A DNA stretch of 64,000 nt from Phycisphaerae bacterium (GCA_030372985.1 JAUCQB010000088.1:9583-73582), one strand, 5' to 3'; positions 1 through 10,100 are shown, counted from the stretch's first letter. The notes: generated by a model not told the origin, from the letters alone. Translations and numbers: made by a program.

Positions 1-300
1 CTGCACACACCTATCCGATTGACGTGTCAAACCGCCGGCCAACGCAAACGCGGCCGGCGGTTTCTTTTTTGCGCCGCTTTCGGGGGAATGGAACCGCGAT
101 CGGCGTGCGAACGCCGCACTCGTCCTGCAGGCGCCGTGGCCGCAAATCGACCGGCGGCACGGCCATCGCACCCGCGAGCCGGTTCTCATGATCGGCCGGC
201 CGTCACCGCCCGGTTCGACGGCACGTGGCGCGCGGCAACGCCCGGGCGAAGCTCAATGCACGCCCAGATCAGCCGCCACCGCGGACCCAAACGGGAAAAG

Positions 301-375
301 GGTGAGCGAGGGGACTCGAACCCCCGACCCCGAGGACCACAACCTCGTGCTCTAACCAACTGAGCTACGCTCACC
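301..375 (-). tRNA. tRNA-His (anticodon GTG)
   Basis: The reverse complement reads G(-1)-GTGAGCG-TA-GCTC-AGTTGGTTA-GAGC-A-CGAGG-TTGTGGT-CCTCG-GGGTC-GGGGG-TTCGAGT-CCCCT-CGCTCAC-C. This gives a complete cloverleaf with a 7-bp acceptor stem, a GTG anticodon centred in a 7-nt loop and a TTCGAGT T-loop. An encoded G-1 sits opposite C73, which is the bacterial tRNA-His hallmark. The 3' CCA is not encoded (followed by CTTTT). Confidence 0.93.
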
Positions 376-768
376 ATCAACGGCTCGAGGGGGCGGCGGG
401 GCGCCCGGGCTGAAGACGGGCTACCCAACGACGGCCCTCTGCCGAGCCCCTTAGAATATCTTCGCAGGAGGTCGTTTTCAATCGACCGTTCGCTGAAGCG
501 GCGTGTCTTTCCGGCAGGCGTGCGTAGCGTGATCTTTCCCGGTCAGGTACGGGCGGCGGGCGGTAGGCGACGAAGAATAGCCCCTTGGACTGATTGCGTG
601 AGAGGCGAAGCGACGAGGAGTGGGAAGCGTGCGGGCATCGAATGGGTGGCCTGTCGGGAAAGATGTGACGGGTGTCGGATCCGGTGCTCGGTGTTGCACC
701 GGGAGAATGGCGAGGATGGGGCTGGAGACGTCTGCGGCTCAGGCGTGAGGCGACGGAAAGAACCCCGA

Positions 769-960
769 CTTGACTTCTATATCAATATACAGACCCAGTT
801 GGCCAGACTCATCGGCACCGGTCAGCCGACCATCGCCCGACTGGAGGACGCTGACTACGAAGGCCATTCGCTCTCCATGCTGCAGCGGATTGCCGCCGCC
901 TTACACCGGCCTCTGGTGATCTCGTTGGGTCCGCAAGAGAAGGACGTGCAGAGGGGGTGA
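769..960 (+). pseudogene. Fragment of an XRE-family helix-turn-helix protein (N-terminal helices missing)
   Basis: The C-terminal part of ORF 520-960 reads LDFYINIQTQLARLIGTGQPTIARLEDADYEGHSLSMLQRIAAALHRPLVISLG. This matches the helix2-turn-helix3 plus C-terminal helices of Cro/C1 (XRE) type HTH domains. The upstream part of the ORF is Arg/Gly-rich junk with no helix 1. The only nearby in-frame start is a TTG at 799, which would give a truncated domain. Confidence 0.35.
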
Positions 961-1070
961 GTCCATCCTGAGGCGCTGACGGCGTTTATAGTCAGGCCTG
1001 TTATGATGGACCGGCTTGGGGGGCGGGGCCGACCCGCCGGCAAGCGTTGTCCAACACGAGGTGATGCCCT

Positions 1071-2129
1071 TTGGGCGAGCGATACGACGAAGACGATGTG
1101 ATTCTGAACCCCGAACTGGCCGAGCGACCGCTGGACGTCGAGAGCGAGGAGGCCCGGCCGGTGACCATCCACATCCGCCGGCGGCTGCCCGGGCGGAGGC
1201 TGGACAAGTACCTCCACGGCCGGTTCCAGCGGATGTCACGAACGACCATCCAGCGGCTGATCAAGCAGGGAGTCATCACCGTCAACCGCAAGCCGACCAA
1301 GGCCAGCTATGAGCCCGAGGCCGGCGACCGGATCGATCTGGTGATCCCCCCGCCCGAGCCCTATGAAATCATCCCCGAGCCGATACCACTGGACATCATC
1401 TACGAAGACGAGGTCATGCTGGCGATCAACAAGCAAAAAGGGATCATCGTCCACCCTTCTCACGGGACGCAGACCGGCACCGTCGCCAATGGGCTGGCGT
1501 ACTACGCCAAGCAGCTCAGCCACGGCGACGACCCCTTTCGACCCGGGATCGTTCATCGGCTGGACAAGAACACCACCGGCATCATGCTCGTGGCCAAGAC
1601 CGACGAGGCTCATTGGCGTCTGGCCATTCAGTTTGAGCGACGTCTCGTCCGCAAGACTTATCTCGGCGTGGTCGAGGGTAACCCTGAACTGGACAGCGAC
1701 GTCATCAATGCGCCACTGGCCGCCCACAACGTGATCAAGGACCGGTACATCATCCCGCCCTCCCATCACCGCTGGCGAGCCAAGCTGCTCAAGGAGGCCA
1801 TCACCGAGTACGAAATCGTCGAGCGGTTCAAGGGCTATGCACTGGCCCACCTGCACCCGAGGACCGGCCGCACGCACCAGTTGCGCGTCCACATGTCCTA
1901 CATCGGCCACCCGATGGCCGGGGACACGTTCTACGGCGGTCACCACGTGTCGGAACTGAGCCTCACCGGCCAGGGCAGCGACGAGCCGATCACCAGCCAG
2001 CAGGCCCTGCACGCCTACCGCATCCGCTTCAAGCACCCGATCTCCGAGGCCCAGATGGAACTGGAAGCCCCACCGCCGCCCGAACTGGCCAGGCTGATTC
2101 AGATTCTTCGCGAGCACCGCCGTTTGTAG
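1071..2129 (+). CDS. rluD: RluA-family 23S rRNA pseudouridine synthase (RluD-like) with N-terminal S4 domain
   Basis: 352-aa ORF. It has an S4-like region (RLDKYLHGRFQRMSRTTIQRLIKQGVITVN). The catalytic-Asp motif HRLDKNTTGIMLVAKT and the HQLRVH motif are typical of the RluA/RluD family. Confidence 0.88.
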   Translation: MGERYDEDDVILNPELAERPLDVESEEARPVTIHIRRRLPGRRLDKYLHGRFQRMSRTTIQRLIKQGVITVNRKPTKASYEPEAGDRIDLVIPPPEPYEIIPEPIPLDIIYEDEVMLAINKQKGIIVHPSHGTQTGTVANGLAYYAKQLSHGDDPFRPGIVHRLDKNTTGIMLVAKTDEAHWRLAIQFERRLVRKTYLGVVEGNPELDSDVINAPLAAHNVIKDRYIIPPSHHRWRAKLLKEAITEYEIVERFKGYALAHLHPRTGRTHQLRVHMSYIGHPMAGDTFYGGHHVSELSLTGQGSDEPITSQQALHAYRIRFKHPISEAQMELEAPPPPELARLIQILREHRRL

Positions 2130-2351
2130 CACCGGGTTGCGGCACATCCGAACCGCCCTGTGTGCCACGGACACCGAGACCGGCGCCTGGCCCGACAATC
2201 TGGAATGCCGGGCCGCCTTCATGTATCTTCACGACCGTGAATCCGCGGCGCTGCCGTGAGGGACAGCCTTGCGCGGATGGAGACGAAGACGTTTCATTCC
2301 AGGTTGATCGGGCAAGATGAGCGTTCAACCTTCGATGTGGAGGACAAGTCG

Positions 2352-3233
2352 ATGACCAGGTATCTGATTGCAGCGGCGTTGCTGGCCGCGGCGGCAGCGG
2401 TGACCGGTTGCGCGGAGATCAGAATGGGCGAATCGGAATATGACAAGAGAATGCCCCACTGGCGGCTGGCAATGATGAGCTACACCTTCCGCAACTTCAG
2501 CGTGTTTGAGGCAATTGACAAAACCAAGGCATTGGACCTCAAGTACATCGAGGAGTTCTCGTGGCACAAGGTCGGCGGTCCATACGGCGATGCTCTGTTC
2601 AACGAGACCGCCTCGCCCGAGGTGCGTCAAGCCGTCAAGAACAAGCTCAAAGAGTCGGGCGTCAAGATCGTGGGCTGTTATGTCCAGGCAATCGGCAAGG
2701 ATGAGGCCGCGAGCCGACGGACCTTCGAATTCTGCAAGGATATGGGCATTGAGTACATCGTCTGCGAGCCCGACGCCAAGGATCTCGATCTGGTGGATAG
2801 GCTGGCAGGCGAGTACAGGATCTACGTCGCCATCCACAACCATTGGAAAGACGTCAACAAGCCCGACTACCGGAACTGGGACCCCGACGAGGTGCTCAAG
2901 ATGGTACAGGGCCGCAGCAAATGGATCGGGCTCTGCGCCGACACCGGCCACTGGGCCCGCTCGGGACTCGACACCGTCGAGGCCGTCCGCAAATGCAAGG
3001 GCCGAATCGTTTCCCTGCACCTGAAGGATGTCGAGAAGCCAGAGCCCAAGGCGCAGGACGTGGTCTGGGGTACCGGCATCGCCAACCTCAGCGGCGTCCT
3101 GGCCGAACTGGCCCACCAGAAGTTCCGCGGCGTCTTCTCCATCGAGTACGAGGCCAACCCCAAGGACAACATGGCCGAAGTCGCACACTGCAACAAGTAC
3201 TTCAACCAAGTGTCGAACGAACTGGCCAGGTAA
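2352..3233 (+). CDS. Exported sugar phosphate isomerase/epimerase (xylose-isomerase-like TIM barrel) lipoprotein
   Basis: Lies within ORF 2256-3233. I prefer the ATG at 2352 because MTRYLIAAALLAAAAAVTGC is a lipoprotein-type signal with a lipobox Cys. The body carries TIM-barrel family motifs (ADTGHWARSG, SLHLKD, FSIEYE). The exact substrate is unknown. Confidence 0.7.
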   Translation: MTRYLIAAALLAAAAAVTGCAEIRMGESEYDKRMPHWRLAMMSYTFRNFSVFEAIDKTKALDLKYIEEFSWHKVGGPYGDALFNETASPEVRQAVKNKLKESGVKIVGCYVQAIGKDEAASRRTFEFCKDMGIEYIVCEPDAKDLDLVDRLAGEYRIYVAIHNHWKDVNKPDYRNWDPDEVLKMVQGRSKWIGLCADTGHWARSGLDTVEAVRKCKGRIVSLHLKDVEKPEPKAQDVVWGTGIANLSGVLAELAHQKFRGVFSIEYEANPKDNMAEVAHCNKYFNQVSNELAR

Positions 3234-3401
3234 TCCAACAAACGCGGTGACGGCTCGGAGACCGGGGATAATCGGAAAAACGCGGCAACGATGGGCCGGA
3301 CAGGCGGCAACGGACATGACAAAGGCCCGGCCGACTCCGTTCGCTCAGGGCGTCTCCATCTCTATTCACCAGCCAAACACCGATGGCAGAATACTTGCAG
3401 C

Positions 3402-3496
3402 TAGAGCATTTCACGTTTGCTCGTAGCTGCTGACCTCCCGGTCCGCGGTCGCCCGGTTGGGATGCCGGTCGCTACACCCATTCGTGAAATGCTCTA
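3402..3496. repeat. Perfect 14-bp inverted repeat (TAGAGCATTTCACG / CGTGAAATGCTCTA) flanking a 67-bp spacer
   Basis: Read directly: 3402-3415 is the exact reverse complement of 3483-3496. It lies in the gap between the convergent genes ending at 3233 (+) and 3522 (-). The arms are AT-richer than the surrounding DNA. Confidence 0.8.
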
Positions 3497-3521
3497 AAAG
3501 CCAAGAGCTCATAGCTTCTTT

Positions 3522-4409
<888 letters not shown>

Positions 4410-4709
4410 GACGTGTTCTTCTCCTTGCCAGGGGCTAAGCATAGCCGACTCCGCCCGACCGAGCACGAGGGAGGCGCGGTGCGACTGGGGCGAGAGCCGG
4501 ATGACCCGCCGGCGGGCGTGGTCGTGCAATCTGAAACGGATAAATGGCCAAGGTGTCGGGTAGAATACCGACCCGGAGGCCTGAGCCGGGCCGCGGGTTC
4601 CTGGAAATTACTATAAGCCATTTGCGCTTAATGAGTTACTGCGACCGATGCCGCCGAACCGTATGGTCAGTGTCAATGTAGATCATGATCTGTGAATAGC
4701 TAACCTTAG

Positions 4710-4842
4710 ATTCTTAAGTGTTGCGCTGGGTAATAACCGTGTATTTTAAAGTGCTGCGTGTGGAAACAACCTTGTATTTTTGGAGGCTGGGCATGGAAGG
4801 AACCCAGTAATCTTAAGTGCGGTGCAGGGTAGTATTCGACGC
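4710..4842. repeat. Four degenerate tandem repeats of about 33 bp in the cysK-sulfatase divergent intergenic region
   Basis: The units are attcttaagtgttgcgctgggtaataaccgtgt / attttaaagtgctgcgtgtggaaacaaccttgt / atttttggaggctgggcatggaaggaacccagta / atcttaagtgcggtgcagggtagtattcgacgc. They share an ATTyTTAAGTGy...GG.A..AACC..GT skeleton. The region is markedly AT-richer than its flanks and ends 25 bp before the sulfatase ATG (4868). Confidence 0.7.
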
Positions 4843-4867
4843 TTTCATGCAACCGGGAGGGTATGTC

Positions 4868-6412
4868 ATGGCGAATCAGGGACATCGGCAAACGAGATGG
4901 ACAGGGCTGACGGTGGCGCTCGCGGCTGCGGCGTTAGCCGTTGTGGTGTCGCCGACATTCGGTCAAACGGACGCGCGGCGGGTCCGGCAGCCGAACATAC
5001 TGGTGATCATGTCCGACGAGCACAACGCGTCGGTCATGGGCTGCGCGGGCAACGCGATCGTTCGCACGCCGAATCTCGACCGGCTGGCCGGGCGGGGCAT
5101 TCTGTTCAACGCCGCTTACACGACCTCGCCGCTGTGCGCGCCGGCCCGCGTGTCGTTCACTCTCGGCAAGTACATCAGCCACATCGGCGTCTGGAGCAAC
5201 AGCGCCAAGCTTCCACCCGACGACACGCCCTCACTTCCGCACATTCTCAATGCGGCGGGCTATGAGTCCTTCCTGTGCGGCAAGATGCACTACGACTCGG
5301 AGCACCGCTTTGGTTTCACCGAGATTGGCAAGGCCGGGACCAATCAGGGAACCAAGAGCGGCAGCCTTGGTCGTCGAAGGCCGAATGATCTCACGACGTC
5401 TGGAACAATCTCCGGGCGCTTCGATCAGTTCCATCCGGGTGACAGCTCGGGGCCCCTGAACCACGACCGCGAGGTCACGGCCGGAGTAACCCAGTTCCTC
5501 GCCGGACGAAAGAAGACCGACAAACCGTTCTTCCTGCTGGCTGGTTACCTGGCCCCGCATTTCCCGCTCATTGTGCCGGAGAAGTACTGGGAGCCGTACA
5601 AGGGCAAGGTGCCGATGCCCGAGATTCCGCCCGGTTACCTTGACGCGCTGCCCCGGAATTACCGCCACTTGCGAGTCGGCTTCCAGGTGATTGACGTACC
5701 GGAGGACACCGTCCGCCGCGGGCGCGAGCTGTACTACGGTTTCGCCCAGTGGCTCGACGAGGAGATCGGCAACGTGCTGGCGGCCCTGGAGGCAAGCGGG
5801 CTGGCCGAGGACACGGTGATCGTCTACACCACCGACCACGGCGAGAACCTGGGCGAACACGGTTTGTGGTGGAAGAACTGCATGTTTGATTCGGCGGCCC
5901 GGATACCGCTGATCATCTCATGGCCAAAGCGCTGGCCCGGAGGCCAGAAACGCGACGCGGCCTGCTCGCTCGTCGACCTGGTGCAAACCCTCGCCGAGAT
6001 CGGCGGGGCGAAACCGCCGGCCGACTGGGACGGCGACTCGATGTGCCCTTGGTTGGACAATCCGAAGGCAGAATGGAAGGACCTGGCGGTCAGCGAGTAC
6101 TACGCTCACCACATCGCCTCAGGCTACGCGATGCTGCGGACCGGACGGTACAAGTACGTCTATCACACACCCGCCGATGAGAAACATCCGGCCGAGCGGG
6201 AACTGTACGATCTCCAGGCCGACCCTGGCGAACTGCGCAATCTCGCAGCCGATCCGGCGATGCAAAGCCGGATTCACGAGATGCATGCTCGGTTGGTGAA
6301 GGAGTTGGGTGAAGCCCCCGACAAAACCGAGCTCCGCGCCCGGGCAAGCAGCCAGAGCGCCCCCGCGGAAACCGGTCGCATTCGCCCCAAGCGCGAGAGG
6401 AAACGGTCGTAG
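4868..6412 (+). CDS. Secreted formylglycine-dependent sulfatase (arylsulfatase family)
   Basis: Has the C-x-P-x-R FGly motif in TSPLCAPARVSF. It also shows an N-terminal NILVIMSDEH metal-binding region, a later DHGENLGEHG motif and a signal peptide (WTGLTVALAAAALAVVVSPTFG). The ATG at 4868 is preceded by GGGAGG. Confidence 0.9.
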   Translation: MANQGHRQTRWTGLTVALAAAALAVVVSPTFGQTDARRVRQPNILVIMSDEHNASVMGCAGNAIVRTPNLDRLAGRGILFNAAYTTSPLCAPARVSFTLGKYISHIGVWSNSAKLPPDDTPSLPHILNAAGYESFLCGKMHYDSEHRFGFTEIGKAGTNQGTKSGSLGRRRPNDLTTSGTISGRFDQFHPGDSSGPLNHDREVTAGVTQFLAGRKKTDKPFFLLAGYLAPHFPLIVPEKYWEPYKGKVPMPEIPPGYLDALPRNYRHLRVGFQVIDVPEDTVRRGRELYYGFAQWLDEEIGNVLAALEASGLAEDTVIVYTTDHGENLGEHGLWWKNCMFDSAARIPLIISWPKRWPGGQKRDAACSLVDLVQTLAEIGGAKPPADWDGDSMCPWLDNPKAEWKDLAVSEYYAHHIASGYAMLRTGRYKYVYHTPADEKHPAERELYDLQADPGELRNLAADPAMQSRIHEMHARLVKELGEAPDKTELRARASSQSAPAETGRIRPKRERKRS

Positions 6413-6431
6413 GAGCAGTCCTTGACGTCAG

Positions 6432-6468
6432 CGAGCCGGCGGGTCACCTGCGGAGACCTGCCGGCTCG
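6432..6468. terminator. Candidate bidirectional hairpin between convergent genes
   Basis: CGAGCCGGC (6432-6440) pairs with GCCGGCTCG (6460-6468), giving a 9-bp GC-rich stem and a 19-nt loop. It lies between the sulfatase stop (6412) and the nagB-like stop (6542). There is no clear U-tract, so it is not a canonical intrinsic terminator. Confidence 0.3.
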
Positions 6469-6541
6469 TCAAGATCGGCGTCAGAGACGCGTCCTACCTG
6501 GTCATAGCTGAAAGCTGATCGCTGAGAGCTGACGGCTTCTC

Positions 6542-8491
6542 TCAGAACTCATCATACCGCACAAACGCTTCCATCGCATAATACTCCGGCAGGCCGAGCT
6601 TGTTGAAGATCGCGGCCGTCTCGGTGTTACGGGCCTCGGCCCGCTGCCAGAACTCGCGATCGTCATAGGGACCGGGGAACAGGGCCTTGTCTTTTTGCGA
6701 CTGGTGCTTGAAGATCGCAAAAATCTTGTGCATCAGCTCCGTTCGCGAGAACGGGATCACCACGTCGATCACGTCCGGCTCCCACTCCTGCCATGCCCCG
6801 CGATACAGCCACACCTGCACCGGCTTCTCCTCCGGGCTCAGCCGCCTCAGGGCCGCGAAAATGGCTTCGGCACACAACCGGTGGGTTCCGTGCGGATCGG
6901 ACAGCTCGCCGGCCACAAATACCCAGTCAGGACGTATTTTGCGTATCAGCCCGGCGACAATCTCGACGTCCTCCTCACTGATGGGACGTTTCCGAACTTC
7001 GCCGGTCTGGTAGAACGGCAAGTCGAGAAAGTGAGCGTTCTGCGTCGGTATGCCCATCGACCGGCATGCCGCAAGGGCTTCCGCCTCGCGAATCAGCCGC
7101 TTGATCTCCCGCACCTCGAAGCTGTCCACTTCCCCGGGCTCTTTGTCCGCCAGGAACTTGTGTACCTTGTCGTAGAAGGCCGCCGTGGACTCGGTGTCGA
7201 GCTTGAAGGTGTGGTTCAAGTCGGCCCAGAAATCCAGCGACTGCAGCGCGTGATCGTCGGCCACGGCGATGCTGCCGTTGGTCATATAGGCCACGTGAAC
7301 TTCGTTCTCCCGCTGCATAAGCCGGGTCAACGTGCCTCCCATGCTGATCACGTCGTCATCGGGGTGCGGGCTGAAGCAGAGCATTCTCCGGCGCGTCGCC
7401 ATGAGGTTCTTGGTGACGATGGTGGCCGAGAGCCGTCGATAGGTCCGATGGTTGAGCCGGTCGGCCGAGCCGATCTCCCGCACGAGCGAGGAGAGATGGT
7501 TCGCGCTGTAATCCTCCGGATCCAGCTTCAGAATGCTCTTGCCCGTCTTGAGACCGAGCCAGATCACCGCGCGAAGCTGATTCTCCGGCGTCCATTCGAT
7601 CTCCCCGAGCAGCCATGGGGATGCGACTCGCGTCAGATCGCCGGCGGCCGCTCTGCCGATGAAGATCTCGGCCTTCGGATGGCTCTGAAGAAAGGTGGCC
7701 GGCACGGCATGCGTGATCGGCCCTTCAACCGTCCGCCGGATAATCGGGGCCTTCTGCTCGCCGAAGGCCAGCATCAGAATCCGCCGGGCCTTCATGATCG
7801 TCCCCACGCCCATGGTGATCGCCCGGCGCGGCACGTTCGCTTCGCCGAAGAAGTCGGCCGCAGCATCCCGCCGGGTCACCGCATCAAGATCGATGAGCCG
7901 CGTCCGGGAGTCGACCAGCGATCCGGGCTCGTTAAAGCCGATGTGGCCGGTGCGACCGATGCCCAGGATCTGAAGATCGATCCCCCCTGCCTGCTCAATC
8001 ATCTGCTCGTATCGCTGGCAATAGGCCGGGACCTCGGCCTCGGGAATCGAGCCGTCAGGAATGTGGATGTTCTCCGGTTTGACGTTGATGTGGTCGAACA
8101 GGTTCTCCTGCATCCACCGCCGGTAGCTCTGAATGCTGTCCGGCTTCATGGGGTAATACTCGTCGAGGTTGAAAGTCACCACACGCGAGAAATCGAGGCC
8201 TTCCTGCTGGTGCAGTCGAATCAGCTCCCGGTACACATTGATGGGCGTGTTGCCGGTGGCCAGCCCCAGAACCGTTTTGCGATTGTTCGCGTTGTTCTGA
8301 CGGATCAGGTCGGCAATGATTCGGCTGACCTGCTGAGCCGCCTCGGCGTCATTCGCACAAATACTGACGCGAATGTTCTCCAGCACGGTGAATTCCGGAC
8401 CGGTCGGTATGGGTTCCTTGCGTAGCACGGCGGCTCTCCAAGGCAGGTTGGCTTGCCGCCGGTCGGGCCAGGGCCCCAGCCTCTGAACCAC
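6542..8491 (-). CDS. nagB: Glucosamine-6-phosphate deaminase (NagB) fused to a C-terminal LmbE/PIG-L-type N-acetylglucosaminyl deacetylase domain
   Basis: The N-terminal half has NagB motifs (VLGLATGNTPINVY, GIGRTGHIGFNEPGS). The C-terminal half has a PIG-L/LmbE motif (LCFSPHPDDDVISMGGTL ... GELSDPHGTHR). The start is uncertain: 8491 is a GTG, and an internal GTG at 8386 (VLENIRVSI) would fit NagB N-termini better. Confidence 0.8.
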   Translation of the reverse strand: MVQRLGPWPDRRQANLPWRAAVLRKEPIPTGPEFTVLENIRVSICANDAEAAQQVSRIIADLIRQNNANNRKTVLGLATGNTPINVYRELIRLHQQEGLDFSRVVTFNLDEYYPMKPDSIQSYRRWMQENLFDHINVKPENIHIPDGSIPEAEVPAYCQRYEQMIEQAGGIDLQILGIGRTGHIGFNEPGSLVDSRTRLIDLDAVTRRDAAADFFGEANVPRRAITMGVGTIMKARRILMLAFGEQKAPIIRRTVEGPITHAVPATFLQSHPKAEIFIGRAAAGDLTRVASPWLLGEIEWTPENQLRAVIWLGLKTGKSILKLDPEDYSANHLSSLVREIGSADRLNHRTYRRLSATIVTKNLMATRRRMLCFSPHPDDDVISMGGTLTRLMQRENEVHVAYMTNGSIAVADDHALQSLDFWADLNHTFKLDTESTAAFYDKVHKFLADKEPGEVDSFEVREIKRLIREAEALAACRSMGIPTQNAHFLDLPFYQTGEVRKRPISEEDVEIVAGLIRKIRPDWVFVAGELSDPHGTHRLCAEAIFAALRRLSPEEKPVQVWLYRGAWQEWEPDVIDVVIPFSRTELMHKIFAIFKHQSQKDKALFPGPYDDREFWQRAEARNTETAAIFNKLGLPEYYAMEAFVRYDEF

Positions 8492-8741
8492 ATCCGGCGG
8501 CTGCGGAACGGAACACTATATCGTCCCCGAAACGGCAGGCAAGGGCGCGGGCAATTCCCCCGGGCGTCCTCGGCCCGTGACAAAATCAGAGGCCCTCATC
8601 CGCCTGCCACAAGCCGCCGATTCGGTCACGGATCCTGCAACCTGCAACCTCTCCATCGCCGTGGCCAAATGGCAAGGCGTTGGTTACGATCACGGCAATG
8701 ATACCATCCATCAGGTGAAGGCTTCATCGGGAGTGACCGTC

Positions 8742-10007
8742 ATGCCGAACGTGAGCTTTATCGAAACTCGCAACAAGCAGTCCCGACGTCTTTGGGAGCG
8801 ATCGTGTCAATGCATCGTGGGCGGCGGGCAGGCCCACAAACGCCCGGTGGAGATCATGATGCTCGGCGGGCCCTCGTTTGCTGCCCGCGGCCGGGGGGCC
8901 CGGTTCTGGGATGTCGACGGCAACGAATACCTCGACTATCTGCTGGGCTATGGTCCGATCGTGCTGGGGCACTGCGACCCCCAGGTCAACGAAGCAGTGC
9001 GGCGGCAGATGGAAGAGGGCACGGTCTTCAGCATCGAGCATCCGCTCGAGATCGAACTGGCCGAGACGCTTATCCAGATCATCCCCTGCGCCGAGATGGT
9101 GATGTACTTCGTGGGCGGCTCGTCGGCCACCATGGGAGCCATCCGCTGCGCCCGGGCCCACACCGGTCGGGAGAAGATCATCCGTTGCGGATATCACGGC
9201 TGGCTCGATTGGTGCGTTCCGGACAATCCGGGCGTGCCCAAGTTCAACCGCGAGGTGAGCCTGGCCGTTCCCTACAACGATCTGCCGGCGCTCCGGAAGC
9301 TGCTCGAGACCATGCCGGGCCAGGTCGCCGGCGTGCTGGTCGAATCGGTGCAGGACAACGGCCCCTCACCTGATTACTTCGCCGGTGTGCGGCGGCTCTG
9401 CGACGAGCACGGCGTCGTGTTTATCCTCGACGAGATCAAGACCGGGTTCCGCTTCGGCCTGGAGGGCGCGGGCCCGCCGTTCGGGGCACAGCCCGATCTG
9501 GCAACCTTCGGCAAGGCCATGTGCAATGGCTATCCGGGCGCGGTGGTCGTGGGAAAGCGGAGCATCCTCGAGAGGAGAATCGACACACACATGGCCGCCA
9601 CCTTCCACGGCGACTTGTTGTCCGTCGTCGCCGCCCTGACAACCATCCGCGTGCTCAAGGAACAGGACGGCATCGGCCACTTCTGGCGGCTCGGCCGGCG
9701 GCTCATGGACGGGCTCAACCGAGTCGCTCGCGAACAGGAGCTGCCGATCAAGTTTGTCGGATTCGCCCCCATGCCCGTGCTCAAGCCCACCGACGAAACC
9801 GACCCGGTCCCGTGCCCGAGGGAACTTCGCGACGAGGTACTCAAGCAGTTCTGTGCCGGGCTTCAGCGCCGGGGCGTGTTCGCAACACCGCATCCGTGGT
9901 TCCTGTCGCTGGCTCATACCGAGCAGGATATTGACAAGACCATTGACGTGGCGGCCGAAGCCGGGCCGGACCTGAAGAAGTTTCTCGTGCGCGGTGCAGC
10001 AGGATGA
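8742..10007 (+). CDS. Class III (GSA-aminomutase-like) PLP-dependent aminotransferase
   Basis: The ATG at 8742 is preceded by GGGAG. The sequence resembles the HemL/class-III aminotransferase fold (GGPSFAARGRGARFWDVDGNEYLDY, ILDEIKTGFR, ATFGKAMCNG with the PLP lysine). It diverges from canonical HemL around the lysine, so the substrate is unknown. Confidence 0.72.
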   Translation: MPNVSFIETRNKQSRRLWERSCQCIVGGGQAHKRPVEIMMLGGPSFAARGRGARFWDVDGNEYLDYLLGYGPIVLGHCDPQVNEAVRRQMEEGTVFSIEHPLEIELAETLIQIIPCAEMVMYFVGGSSATMGAIRCARAHTGREKIIRCGYHGWLDWCVPDNPGVPKFNREVSLAVPYNDLPALRKLLETMPGQVAGVLVESVQDNGPSPDYFAGVRRLCDEHGVVFILDEIKTGFRFGLEGAGPPFGAQPDLATFGKAMCNGYPGAVVVGKRSILERRIDTHMAATFHGDLLSVVAALTTIRVLKEQDGIGHFWRLGRRLMDGLNRVAREQELPIKFVGFAPMPVLKPTDETDPVPCPRELRDEVLKQFCAGLQRRGVFATPHPWFLSLAHTEQDIDKTIDVAAEAGPDLKKFLVRGAAG

Positions 10008-10100
10008 CAACGCCGTCAAAACAAACCGCCCCGGGCTCTGATCCCGAGGCAGTTCGCGTGCTTTCCCATTACCCTTCAGCGCTGAAGCTGATGCATGCTC

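Noticed and set aside
19-363. 114-aa ORF at the left edge
   Set aside because: It overlaps the tRNA-His gene, has an Arg/Pro/Ala-rich low-complexity translation, and I see no RBS or family resemblance.
1236-2222. Long antisense ORF (328 aa) opposite rluD. Similar shadow ORFs occur at 2325-3317, 3603-4616, 6695-8425, 10466-11272, 28132-29727, 35014-36387, 40544-42184, 55053-55889, 58728-59927 and 60799-61827.
   Set aside because: These are typical high-GC shadow ORFs. They are rich in Arg/Ala/Gly/Pro, have no recognisable motifs and fully overlap genes with strong family signatures on the other strand.
4706-4891. 61-aa minus-strand ORF and possible CRISPR-like array in the repeat region
   Set aside because: The ORF is merely the translation of the 33-bp repeats (QHLRI/QHFKI periodicity). 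The repeats are degenerate and directly abutting, with no unique spacers, so this is not a CRISPR array.
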